Shown: positions 53,884 to 64,000 of the stretch, piece by piece
Layout of the letters: every line of letters starts with the position of its first letter
Numbering within the stretch: position 1 is the first letter of the stretch
DNA from: an uncultured Methanosarcinaceae archaeon
GTDB lineage: Archaea; Halobacteriota; Methanosarcinia; Methanosarcinales; Methanosarcinaceae
Assembly: GCA_963727895.1 (NCBI GenBank)
Contig: CAVSHT010000007.1
Coordinates: 1-64,000 of the forward strand
Length of the DNA stretch: 64,000 nucleotides
Reading direction: 5' to 3'
Notes under the pieces: generated by a model
Databases searched by the model: none
The model's input: only the letters and a program-made list of their open reading frames with translations
What the model was told of the DNA's origin: nothing
Program-made: the position numbers and the translations under genes

Positions 53884-54303
53884 ATTAATTCTCCTTTCAC
53901 CGTTGAACAAAACTTTTAATTTAAAACTTCATTCCGCGGAAAATAATGTTTTTCGGTATATAATTAAGCTATATGCTGTATATTGTGAATGGAATTCTAT
54001 TCATGATGTTTTGCGATGGCACTCTAGTGAACGGTACTTGATCATATTTTGTGATTTTTTTCAAACTCATATCAAGATTCTTTGTAACAACAAAATTTTC
54101 TTGTTCACTAATTTCAAATGAAAGCTTGTTATTTTTTACAAGTATGCTACCTGTCGTGATTAATGGAGAGAGTAAAGTTGAGATATATAGTTTTCACGTC
54201 CTTTGTTAAGGTAAATAGTGACAAACTTGTGTTGTTTACTATGGACAAGTATGAAAGAGCTAGGCTTTCCTGTTCATACGATCTCTTTATATATTTATAT
54301 AAG

Positions 54304-54327
54304 CTATATGTTTATAAAAACATAACA
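54304..54327. promoter_or_regulatory. Putative ModE-type operator upstream of the anf operon
   Basis: TATGTTT-ATAA-AAACATAAC. Confidence 0.65.
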
Positions 54328-54703
54328 GTTGTTTATATTTATGGAATACAGTAACCTATTTCCTATATTGTGGTATATAATATTTTTTATTGGTGGGAAT
54401 ATAGAATACATTTCCTTATAGAGAAATCTAAAAATAATAATTGTTAAAATTAGAAAACGTAAATTCTAAAAAAATAAGTGTCACTCATAAAGATAAGTAA
54501 AATATCCAAAACTAAAAATAAAATAATATCAAAATGATTTTTGATTTTAATTATTGAGATAGTTATTATTGTGTTATTATTGCCAAAAATTCTATAGGTA
54601 AAACAAAACATATCAAAAATAATGAGTCAAATTAAATGTTGATATAATTTGTTTTTAAAATTTATCAACACTTTCGTCTTAAAAACAATGTTTACTTATT
54701 GAA

Positions 54704-55834
54704 TTATCTGTTTTGAAATGCGACTACTTTTGTCATTTCCAATTTTGCCATACATAGATCACCTGCATGTAGATTAAGAGAATCAGCAAATTGTGCAGGT
54801 ATTTCTACAGTAAAATCCTTGTTGTATCTAACAAGTTTAATTTTAATACGTTTTTCTGGTCCCTTATTGACAATGCTATTAATACGGGCAGAATAAGTGT
54901 TATCATTTTGGTTTTCAGAACACAACTCAGGCAAAATAAGAGTTACGTTTTCAGGATGAATTCCCCAAGAGACTTTATCTCCGGCTTTTAAACTCTTATT
55001 TTTTATCCTCAAACTCAAGTTTCCATTTTTTATTACTGTACATTCTGACTCTTCATCATACTTTTCAACATAAGCGTCATTGAAAATATTAGAGATCCCA
55101 ACTAGTTCTGCTACATGAAGGTTATTAGGATGATAGAATATTTCTTCCGGAGTGCCGAACTGCTGAGCTTTTCCCTTATATAAGATAAGAATCTTGTCTG
55201 CTAGCTGGAAAGCTTCTTCCAAAATGTGAGTGATAAATAATACAGGTATTTGAATTTGAGTTTGAAGATCTTTTATTTTTTGTGCAAGTTCGACCCTTAT
55301 ATCTTGATCAAGAGCAGAGAAAGGCTCATCCAGGAGAAGTATTTCAGGTTTCGGGGCCAGTGCCCTTGCCAGAGCAACTCTCTGTTTCTGCCCACCCGAT
55401 AATTGGGTTGGATATCGGGTTTCCAGCTCTTCAATATGGAGAAGACTTAGCATTTCCAATACTCTTTTGTCTTTTGTTTCATTCTCCCAACCTCTGAGCC
55501 CACATTCTATATTTTTTCTTACATTCATGTGAGGAAAAAGAGTATAACTCTGGAAAACATAACCTAAATTGCGTTTCTGGATTGGAAGATTAATTTTTTT
55601 TTCTTTGTCAAAATAAACCTTATTTCCCACGATTATTTTTCCATTATCAAGTTCTGTAATCCCAGAAATGCACTTAAACAACGTGGTCTTTCCTGATCCA
55701 GAAGGTCCAAAAAGCACTACAAGTTCGTTTTCTATTTCAAAACTGACATCTAACGTAAAGGATTTTTTAGTGCCTTTTTTTTTATTAGTGTCAGTTTCAT
55801 AATACTGTTTTTTAATTTCAACTTTAACACTCAA
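54704..55834 (-). CDS. modC: Molybdate/tungstate ABC transporter ATPase with TOBE-like C-terminus
   Basis: GPSGSGKT, LSGGQ, LLLDEP; TTG start at 55834 after AGAGG. Confidence 0.85.
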   Translation of the reverse strand: MSVKVEIKKQYYETDTNKKKGTKKSFTLDVSFEIENELVVLFGPSGSGKTTLFKCISGITELDNGKIIVGNKVYFDKEKKINLPIQKRNLGYVFQSYTLFPHMNVRKNIECGLRGWENETKDKRVLEMLSLLHIEELETRYPTQLSGGQKQRVALARALAPKPEILLLDEPFSALDQDIRVELAQKIKDLQTQIQIPVLFITHILEEAFQLADKILILYKGKAQQFGTPEEIFYHPNNLHVAELVGISNIFNDAYVEKYDEESECTVIKNGNLSLRIKNKSLKAGDKVSWGIHPENVTLILPELCSENQNDNTYSARINSIVNKGPEKRIKIKLVRYNKDFTVEIPAQFADSLNLHAGDLCMAKLEMTKVVAFQNR

Positions 55835-55839
55835 GTTTA

Positions 55840-56070
55840 TGCCTCTACTTTTCCTGTAAACAGTCCCATTAGAGATATATTCAGATGGATATAAGGATAA
55901 AGGATTAAGGACGAGTTTTTGGGCTAGTTCATTATTGCCTGCCTGAAAGCACCATATCTTTAGGTAGACATAGTATTGTTTTCCTTGGAGATTCATTCCA
56001 GCATAAGGGTTGCTTCGAATTCCCCTGCAGCTTTTGCAAAACCTGGCACAATCCTTGCGAATATTCTGTT
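55840..56070 (-). pseudogene. modB: Remnant of ModB permease
   Basis: FAKAAGEFEATLML...FQAGNNELAQ resembles the ModB C-terminal half; N-terminal part missing, stops and frameshifts. Confidence 0.75.
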
Positions 56071-56229
56071 TTTTTTCAAGAGGGCATGTTACTAAAAAGG
56101 CAAGTTAAATTTCACTTTAATAAGATTACCCACTGAAAAATGTCAAAATAGATGATATGGTGGCTATCCATATAGTAATGGATAAAGGAAACCATATCAT
56201 GTCAAACATAAATTATGTCTTATTTACTG

Positions 56230-57060
56230 TTAAGCTGCGGACTTGAATCCAGAATTTTGCAAGATTTTCTGTCCTTCTGCTCCAGTTACGAAATCAATGA
56301 ATTTCTGTGCATCTTTTTTATCTTGAGACGAGGAAACTATGGCTATCGGATATTTAACAGGAGTACTGACAGATATATTTGTAATGATTTTGATAGTTCC
56401 TGGTTCTGCAGTCATTGCGTCACTCATATATACAAAACCTGCGTCAACTTCCCCTCTTTCCACGTATGTAAGTACTTGTTTGACATCTTCAGCAAATACC
56501 GCCTTGTTTTCGAGCTGACTCCATAAACCTGCTTCAGTCATTGCAGTACGTGTATAATTTCCGACAGGTACTGTATCAGGATTTCCAACGCCGATTTTCT
56601 CTACCTTGGAGTCAGTCAGATCTTTCACGCCAGTGATATTAAGGGTGCTATTTACAGGAACAATAAGTACCAGTGAGTTTTGAGCAAAGTTTTCTCTTGA
56701 ACTGTTGTCGATAAGAGTCTCATTGGCAAGAGTGTTCATGTTTTTCTGATCAGCTGAAGCAAAAACATCCGCAGGAGCTCCTCCCTCAATCTGCTTACGC
56801 AAGTTACCTGAACTTCCAAAATTGAAATTTACATCTACGCCAGGGTTTTCGGTTTCAAATTCAGGTTCCATATCCTTAAAAGCTTCTGTAAGGCTGGCAG
56901 CTGCAGATACTGTAATTTCTTCAGATTTCTGTTCAGAAGCTGAGTTACTTGTGTTAACTGGGATACTCGTATTATTTGTAGCTTTATTTCCGTTATCAGT
57001 ACATCCTATTGCAAGGAATACGCTAAACAATACTAATAGAACTATCAGTTCTTTTTTCAT
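56230..57060 (-). CDS. modA: Molybdate ABC transporter substrate-binding lipoprotein
   Basis: Lipobox LAIGC, SAAASL, FGSSG.L..QI..GAPADVFASA, VPVG.Y. Confidence 0.93.
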   Translation of the reverse strand: MKKELIVLLVLFSVFLAIGCTDNGNKATNNTSIPVNTSNSASEQKSEEITVSAAASLTEAFKDMEPEFETENPGVDVNFNFGSSGNLRKQIEGGAPADVFASADQKNMNTLANETLIDNSSRENFAQNSLVLIVPVNSTLNITGVKDLTDSKVEKIGVGNPDTVPVGNYTRTAMTEAGLWSQLENKAVFAEDVKQVLTYVERGEVDAGFVYMSDAMTAEPGTIKIITNISVSTPVKYPIAIVSSSQDKKDAQKFIDFVTGAEGQKILQNSGFKSAA

Positions 57061-57647
57061 AAATATACTTCCTCGGTATGTTTTTGTTGTAATATAGTAT
57101 CGAAGCTGTTAAACTCAGGATCGATAACAGTGAAATTGATATTAAGGATTAATTTTTTGATTTTGGCTATTTTTATTTCTTCAATACCTGGGTTGTTGTA
57201 ATAAATTACTCTATTTAATATGTGTTTATTTATTCCAATTCAATATTTTTGTGGCTACGTTCTACTATTGCAGAAGATTAAGGATAATTTTTAGAAAAAG
57301 CTTCAATTACTTAAGTCTTATATTAAACATAGACACCTTAGTAAATAAATTATATTTTGAAAAATTTATTAATACTGATGTTCTAATGAAACATATTTCC
57401 TAGGATTTTGATATTATTGGTTTGAGTATCCAGTCTGATTTGACTACATTAGAAAGTTGAGCGTCTAATAGTGATAAGAGTCAAATTCTTATTGAATGCT
57501 TTGAAAAATATAAATCCACATTCAACAGATTTACACGGATGTAATACTCATTTTTTGAAATGAGTTAATTAACCGGGTATATTTTGTGCACTTCTGCAGA
57601 ATGTGAAATTAGTTAATTTAACTACTTCTCATCGATTGATGAGACAA

Positions 57648-57857
57648 TTAGTCTGTTGCTATCATCACATTTGAAGCCTTGACTACAGCGTATACATCGC
57701 TTCCTTCTTTTAAGCTCAGACCTTCAGCTGAAGTTTTTGTGATGATAGAAGTGATTTCTGTTCCACCGGGCAATTCTATTATAATTTCAGCGTTTACCAT
57801 ACCAGTAACAATGCTTTTAACTTTGCCCTTCATAACATTACGTGCACTTAATTTCAT
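57648..57857 (-). CDS. Molbindin (Mop/TOBE)
   Basis: MKLSARN..KG, ITS..IT..S...L, AVVKASNV. Confidence 0.9.
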   Translation of the reverse strand: MKLSARNVMKGKVKSIVTGMVNAEIIIELPGGTEITSIITKTSAEGLSLKEGSDVYAVVKASNVMIATD

Positions 57858-58884
57858 TTCCTTGCTCCTCCTTCAAGTGTTAATTCTAAACACTTGCTCT
57901 TTTCAATTAGGCACTTCTTAATAATATATTTTGCGTTTATATATTATAATTACATTATCGAGAATTAAAGTAGAATAATTATAAACAGTAGAGAATACAT
58001 AGACTCAAATTTAAATAATAATTTATTTAATGTTGTATATTTAACGAGTAGGTTAACTATTAAATTCCCCCTGTAATGAAAAATGGATAAATTCATTTCA
58101 ATTTACAGGTTTGAAGAATAACATCAAAAATAAAACATTCCTTCTATGTATCTTAATCTAAAGTAAATGATGTACTTAAAATGTTGTTTTTTATTGGACT
58201 TAAGCTTTTTAATTATCAAATGAGGATCACAGAGACACAAGATCACACCCATTTTCAAAATAATTGAGTTTCAATCCAATTAGAATGTTTCTGTTATGCT
58301 GAAAAGGACTCTTTACTATTATTTGTGGAAACTGAAAGAGCCATTATCTTCACAAACCAACCTTTAAACTTTACATAATTGTTCTTGTTAAACCAGACCC
58401 ATCTTCCCTTTTGTTGTGAAGTAAACTTCCTTACCTGCCATTCTCTTTTGAGAAAATCCATTGAAAATCCATTATTACATTTTATTTGGAGCAAGGATGT
58501 AAAATAATGGATATTATTTTTCTGAGACGATGTAAATCTTTGGAATATGAGTGTTCTTTAATGAAGTTTAACTTCCTTTCCTGTCATTGTCTTTCAGGAA
58601 AATCCATTATTACATTTTATTTGGAGCAAGGATGTAAAATAATGGATATTATTTTTCCTGAAATTAGACAAATTTTTGGAACAAGGGTAGTTTTTCTCTA
58701 ACCAGAGTTTCTTTATCAATAAATTTGGGGGTTTAAAGATGAACAGTTCAAAGGTTGATTCCTCGGCGTTTTACCTTTGCCGAATACATAACCTTAATCA
58801 TTTAAGGGATTTGAAACGCTTTTTGAACAATATATTATCTCTTGTGATCCTCCATATCCATAAAAGCACACAACCTATATATAA

Positions 58885-58908
58885 CGTTATGTTTTTCAAA
58901 ACATAACG
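58885..58908. promoter_or_regulatory. Putative ModE-type operator (perfect palindrome)
   Basis: CGTTATGTTTT-TC-AAAACATAACG between the divergent mop/mod and fwdB-fdhA units. Confidence 0.75.
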
Positions 58909-59711
58909 ATTGAAATATTCAAAGATATAAGTTATCTGAAAACCTACCACTTTTATATGAATAACAAGTTATTTTGGATTTTGTTGCAAAATAACAATAA
59001 TTTTTTCTCATTCCTCAAGACATTAAGTTTGCTAAAATCCATTTTTATAACTATTTAGAAAAATTTTAAGGAAATGTATACAACTTAATATATTTTTTAT
59101 TATATATACATATAATATGTAGATAGTATTAATTTTTAGTACCGAAATTGCCAAAAAATAGCCTTGGTCATCAAATTATAATTGTCATAAAAATATCGAA
59201 AAGCATTTTTGAATATTAGTGTGATATTTGAAAGGTATCCTGTGTTTCTCTTGAGATATAAACTAACCGACACATTTATATTGAACCATACATTTAGAAT
59301 AAAATGTATATTCTATCATGAATTTACATGAACAAATAGAGAAAACAGTTTACTAACAATAAAAGCAGAGCTGAAAATCTGCTAACTAGCAAACTACAGC
59401 CGAAATTTGAACACGGTTTTTTTCTATTGGGATCTGGAAATTAATAGACTTTCCTAAATTCCCCCACCCGTCTTCCAAGATGCAGGGGAAAGGCGTATTC
59501 CTTAAAACCTGTTGACATTGAAGTACTAGTTCATAAAAATGAGATAGTGCGATGAAATTACTGTGTACTGTTCATAAGCATGAAAATGAATTGTTGTGCA
59601 GTTCACAGAACAATGTTGAGAGGTCAATAAAATGCAAGATGAGATGAAACTATCGATTTTTTCTGAAAAGTGCACTGAAAATACAATATCAATATTTTAT
59701 ACAGAAGGGAA

Positions 59712-61124
59712 ATGAGTATGATTTACAAAAACATAGTCTGTCCTGTCTGTGGAGCTGCTTGCGACGATATCCAAGTTGAAATCAAGAATGGGAAAATTGA
59801 AGTCAAAAATATATGCAAAATGGGAATTTCTAGATTTAATGAGATCACAAGTCCACGAAGATTTAAACAGCCTCTTCTAAAATTTGGGGGGAAATTAAGA
59901 CCAGTTTCCTGGGATGGAGCCCTTCAAATAGCTGCAGATATCCTGTCTTCGGCGAAACGACCCCTTATATGTATAGGCAGCGAAACTTCCTGCGAAGCAC
60001 ATGAAGCAGGACTTATGATAGGAGAATATCTAGGCGCAATTGTGGATACAAATGGCAGTGGATCTATAATGATGGGAAGTCAGGAAGCCGGAAAAGTTGG
60101 TGCAACCGAAGGGCAAAAGAAAAACAGAGCAGATCTCTTAGTTTACTGGGGAACTAATCCTCTTGAATCCATGCCGAGACAGATGTCCAGATATGGAGTT
60201 TTCCCGAGAGGTTACTGGACAAAACGCGGGCGTTTTGACAGGACAATCATTACTGTGGACCCAAGAAAAACTCTGACTGCTAAAGCTTCTGACCTGCACG
60301 TGAAGCTTAAACCGGACTCTGACTATGAGTTAATAAGTGCACTTTTAACGCTTTTACATGGAAAAATTCCTCATCATTCCGTAGAGGAGATTACAGGAGT
60401 TCCAATATCTGTTATGGAAGAAATGCTTGGTTTGATGAAAAAATGTAACTTCGGAACTATCTCGGTAGGAGTTGGACTTTCTTCATCTCTTGAAAAGTAC
60501 AGAAACACTGAAATTGCCATGAACCTTGTGAAAGAGCTAAACAATTATTCCAAATTTACCATTGGAATTATCCGCAATCAATGCAATGCAGCAGGCTTTA
60601 ACCAGGTTGCGTCTTACATGTACGGATATCCTTTCGGGCTTGATTTCATGCGTGGGCACCCACGTTACAACCCTGGAGAATTCACAACCGTGGATTTGCT
60701 TCGAGAAAAGGATGTGGATGCAGCTTTTGTAATGTGTTCTGATCTTTTGAGTCAGATTTCCCCTGAATGTGCAACTTACCTTGAAGAAATTCCTTTGATC
60801 TGCCTGGATACAGTTCCTAGTCCAACTACTGCTATCTCAGATATTGTGATTCCGGGAATCGTTGACGCCATGGAATGTGACGGAACTTTCTATAGGCTTG
60901 ACGACATTCCAATTTACTTTGAACCGTTCATTGGGTCTCCATTTAAATTTACTCAGAGTAATGAAGAGACGTTAAAACAGCTTTTTACGAAAATCAAAGA
61001 GATAAAGAATCAGGTAAATATTTTTCCGTTTACATATGGTGCTGACCCTAAAACTCAAAATTGCTTTTCAGGATCTCAGATTTCAAGTAGTCAATTAAGT
61101 TTCAGAATAAAATCTGTTTGGTGA
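59712..61124 (+). CDS. Formylmethanofuran dehydrogenase subunit B paralog (FwdB/FmdB-like), degenerate active site
   Basis: CPVCGAACDD..C, KNRADL.VYWG.NP..SMPR.MSRY, GYPFG.DF, RYNPGE; CHGP motif absent. Confidence 0.88.
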   Translation: MSMIYKNIVCPVCGAACDDIQVEIKNGKIEVKNICKMGISRFNEITSPRRFKQPLLKFGGKLRPVSWDGALQIAADILSSAKRPLICIGSETSCEAHEAGLMIGEYLGAIVDTNGSGSIMMGSQEAGKVGATEGQKKNRADLLVYWGTNPLESMPRQMSRYGVFPRGYWTKRGRFDRTIITVDPRKTLTAKASDLHVKLKPDSDYELISALLTLLHGKIPHHSVEEITGVPISVMEEMLGLMKKCNFGTISVGVGLSSSLEKYRNTEIAMNLVKELNNYSKFTIGIIRNQCNAAGFNQVASYMYGYPFGLDFMRGHPRYNPGEFTTVDLLREKDVDAAFVMCSDLLSQISPECATYLEEIPLICLDTVPSPTTAISDIVIPGIVDAMECDGTFYRLDDIPIYFEPFIGSPFKFTQSNEETLKQLFTKIKEIKNQVNIFPFTYGADPKTQNCFSGSQISSSQLSFRIKSVW

Positions 61125-61169
61125 TGAAATATATATAAATTAATTTCCCTGATGAAGATTAAGAGGAAT

Positions 61170-61700
61170 ATGATGATAAAAAATTATAAAGACAAAAATC
61201 CGAAAATCTCAAACACAGTTTTCGTTGCAGACTCTGCAGATATCATTGGGGATGTAGAAATACGGGATTATTCAAGCATATGGTTTAATGCTACGATCCG
61301 GGGAGACCAAAATAAAATAAAAATTGGAAATCGGACGAGCATTCAGGATAATGTGGTAATTCACGTAGATAATACTAATGAGGTTCAAATAGGGGATAAT
61401 GTTAGTGTAGGACACGGAGCTGTACTACATGGTTGTAAAATTAAAAATAATGTAATTATAGGAATGAATTCTACAGTCTTGAATGGGGCTGAGATAGGAA
61501 AAAATTCTATAGTTGGTGCAAATGCACTGGTTCCTGAAGGGAAAAAATTTCCAGAACGAAGTTTAATAATTGGAATTCCGGGAAAAGTAAAAAGAGAACT
61601 TGAAGATGCAGATATCGAAGCTATCTCAAAAAATGCTGAAGAATATGCGGAACTTACAAAGGAATATAGAGAAAATGAAAATGAAAATGAAAACATATGA
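61170..61700 (+). CDS. Gamma-carbonic anhydrase family protein (CamH/YrdA-like)
   Basis: Hexapeptide repeats; IRGD, IQDN..IH, VGHGAVLHG (three His). Confidence 0.88.
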   Translation: MMIKNYKDKNPKISNTVFVADSADIIGDVEIRDYSSIWFNATIRGDQNKIKIGNRTSIQDNVVIHVDNTNEVQIGDNVSVGHGAVLHGCKIKNNVIIGMNSTVLNGAEIGKNSIVGANALVPEGKKFPERSLIIGIPGKVKRELEDADIEAISKNAEEYAELTKEYRENENENENI

Positions 61701-61909
61701 ACAAGTTTTGGTTATTTCTATCTTGTGTTAACCTAATCTTTATTTAGAATCCAAGATCTTTTTCCAAATTTCAATAAAATCAACTTTTTTTGTTTAAACA
61801 CCTCATCCCAAAATCAATTTTGTTCCCAAATCCATCATAATATCACATAGCTATTGTTTCATTATCAGCTTATAAGAATATACCAACGTGCTTAGGAGAA
61901 AACGGGAAA

Positions 61910-64000
61910 ATGGAATTAAAATATGTGCCTACAACCTGTCCCTACTGTGGGACAGGATGCGGATTTAACATTGTGGAAAAAGATGGAACAGCTGTCGGTA
62001 TTGAGCCATGGCATCGAGCTCCCGTTAATGCAGGAAAACTCTGTCAAAAGGGCAGATACGCTTATGAGTTTATCCATAGCAAGGACAGACTTGTAAAACC
62101 GCTGATCAGGAAAAAAGGAAAGCTTGTAGAGGTAAGTTGGGATGAAGCCTTGAACCTCATAGCAGAAAAATTCATGACTATTCTTCCTGAAGAAATTGCC
62201 TGTCTCTCCTCAGCAAGAACCTCAAACGAAGAAAACTACCTTATGCAGAAATTTGCCCGAGCTGTCCTTAAGACGTCCAACATTGATCACTGTGCAAGGC
62301 TCTGCCATTCTTCCACAGTTACTGGCCTTGCCGCAGTTTTTGGCTCGGGAGCCATGACTAATTCAATCTCGGACCTTGAAAAATCTAAATGCATTTTCAT
62401 TATCGGCAGCAATACCCTCGAGCAACACCCACTAATTGGAAGGAGGTTGATTCTTGCAAAGAAGAAAGGGGCTAAAATTATCTGTGCAGACCCCCGTTTC
62501 ACTCCTACAGCAAAACAGGCAGATACTCATCTTTCCATGTATTCAGGCACGGATGTGGCTCTCTTAAATGGACTCATGCATCACATTATAGGAAATGGCT
62601 GGGAAGATTCAGCATTTATCTCAAAAATGACAAAAAATTTTGATGAACTGAAAGCTGTGGTCATGCAAGATATCTATTCCCTATCACATGTCTCAAAAAT
62701 TACAGGGATACCAGTGGAGGACTTAAAAACCACAGCCGAATGGATTGCTCAATCAAAACCATCGGCTCTCCTTTATTCAATGGGAATTACCCAACATACA
62801 GTGGAGTGGACAATGTAAGGTCCACTGCAAACTTAATACTCCTAACTGGAAACCTTGGAGTTCCGGGAGGTGGAGTCAACCCACTGAGAGGACAAAACAA
62901 TGTTCAGGGAGCATGTGACATGGGCTGTTTACCGGAAGTATATCCAGGTTACCATAAAATTGCAGACCCGGAGAATTACAGAAAAATGGAATCTATCTGG
63001 GGAGTGAGTGGACTTCCGAAAACTCCAGGGTTCACGGTTACAGAGCTGATGGAACAGCTTGCGGAAGGAACATCGACTGTGAAATGCATGTATGTTATGG
63101 GAGAAAATTTCATGCTCTCGGACCCTGATCTAAACAAAGTAAGAAAAGCCATGAATAATCTGGACTTTCTGGTTGTGCAAGACCTTTTTTTGAGCGAGAC
63201 TGCAAATATTGCTGATGTTGTATTACCTGCAGCCTGTTATGCAGAAAAGAATGGGACACAGACTAATACCGAACGTCGGGTTCAGAGGATCAGGAAAGCC
63301 GTAGACCCGCCGGGAGATGCTAAGGCAGACTGGCGCATAATCTGCGAACTTGCCGAGCGTATGGGATATGGGAAGCAGTTTTCCTACTTGAATGAAGCAG
63401 AAATTTTTGAAGAAATTGCAAAGGTTACTCCTCAATACGGAGGCATGAGCTACGAGCGTCTTAAAAATCCTGATTCTCTTCAGTGGCCCTGTCCTGATAA
63501 AACTCATCCTGGAACGCCAATATTGCATACCAAAAAATTTTCCACTCCAGATGGACTGGCGAAGTTTTCTGGTATTGAATGGAAACCTCCAGCAGAAGTC
63601 CCTGATGCAGAATATCCTTTAATTCTTACTACAGAAAGGAATATCTGGCACTGGCATACAGGGACCATGACTCGCAGGTCGAAAACTCTAGCCTCCGAAG
63701 TCAGAACTGGTTGGGTGGAACTTCATCCCGACGATGCTAAAAAGCTGGGAGTCAGCAATCGAGAAAAAATTCGCGTAGTTTCCCGGAGAGGGAGTATCGA
63801 AATTCCTTCAATGGTTACAGAAGATATAAAACCTGGAGTTGTCTTCATTCCTTTTCATTTTAAGGAGTGTGCAGCTAATCTGCTGACCAATGGAGCTCTT
63901 GACCTCGTAGCAAAGATTCCAGAGTACAAGGCATGTGCGGTAAAAATTGAGAAGATAGAACCTCAAGAAGGTAACCTTTGGAGGGAAAACTTTGAAACCT
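61910..64000 (+). CDS. fdhA: Formate dehydrogenase alpha subunit (Cys type); 1-nt frameshift near 62803; runs to window end
   Basis: TCPYCGTGC, LCQKG, DHCARLCH, then PLRGQNNVQGACDMG...KIPEYK in the second frame. Confidence 0.92.

Overview
Archaeal chromosomal window, almost certainly Methanosarcina. This rests on PAN ATPase, Lhr, NurA-HerA, PKD and DUF1699 proteins, intron-containing tRNA-Trp, bacterial-type groES/groEL and an anf cluster. 1-11 kb is rich in IS remnants: a decayed IS21, hicBA, a frameshifted doc, an IS110 nested in IS1 whose structured non-coding end is a candidate bridge RNA, several MITE families and an unannotated fascin-like ORF. 11-46 kb has intact housekeeping genes (pan, purA, nurA-herA with a ~37x ESDI repeat, an aminotransferase), three IS1 copies, decayed surface-protein and protease genes and several perfect tandem duplications. 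A run of +1 insertions at 35-41 kb looks like sequencing error. 46-64 kb is a Mo-related block: a decaying Fe-only nitrogenase cluster (anfH, anf3-like, anfO, anfKGD, two PII genes), modC/modB remnant/modA/mop, ModE-like palindromes, and an FwdB/FmdB paralog lacking its metal-ligand motif followed by a gamma-carbonic anhydrase and fdhA. No CRISPR array or rRNA was seen. Family calls come from motif recognition, not database searches.
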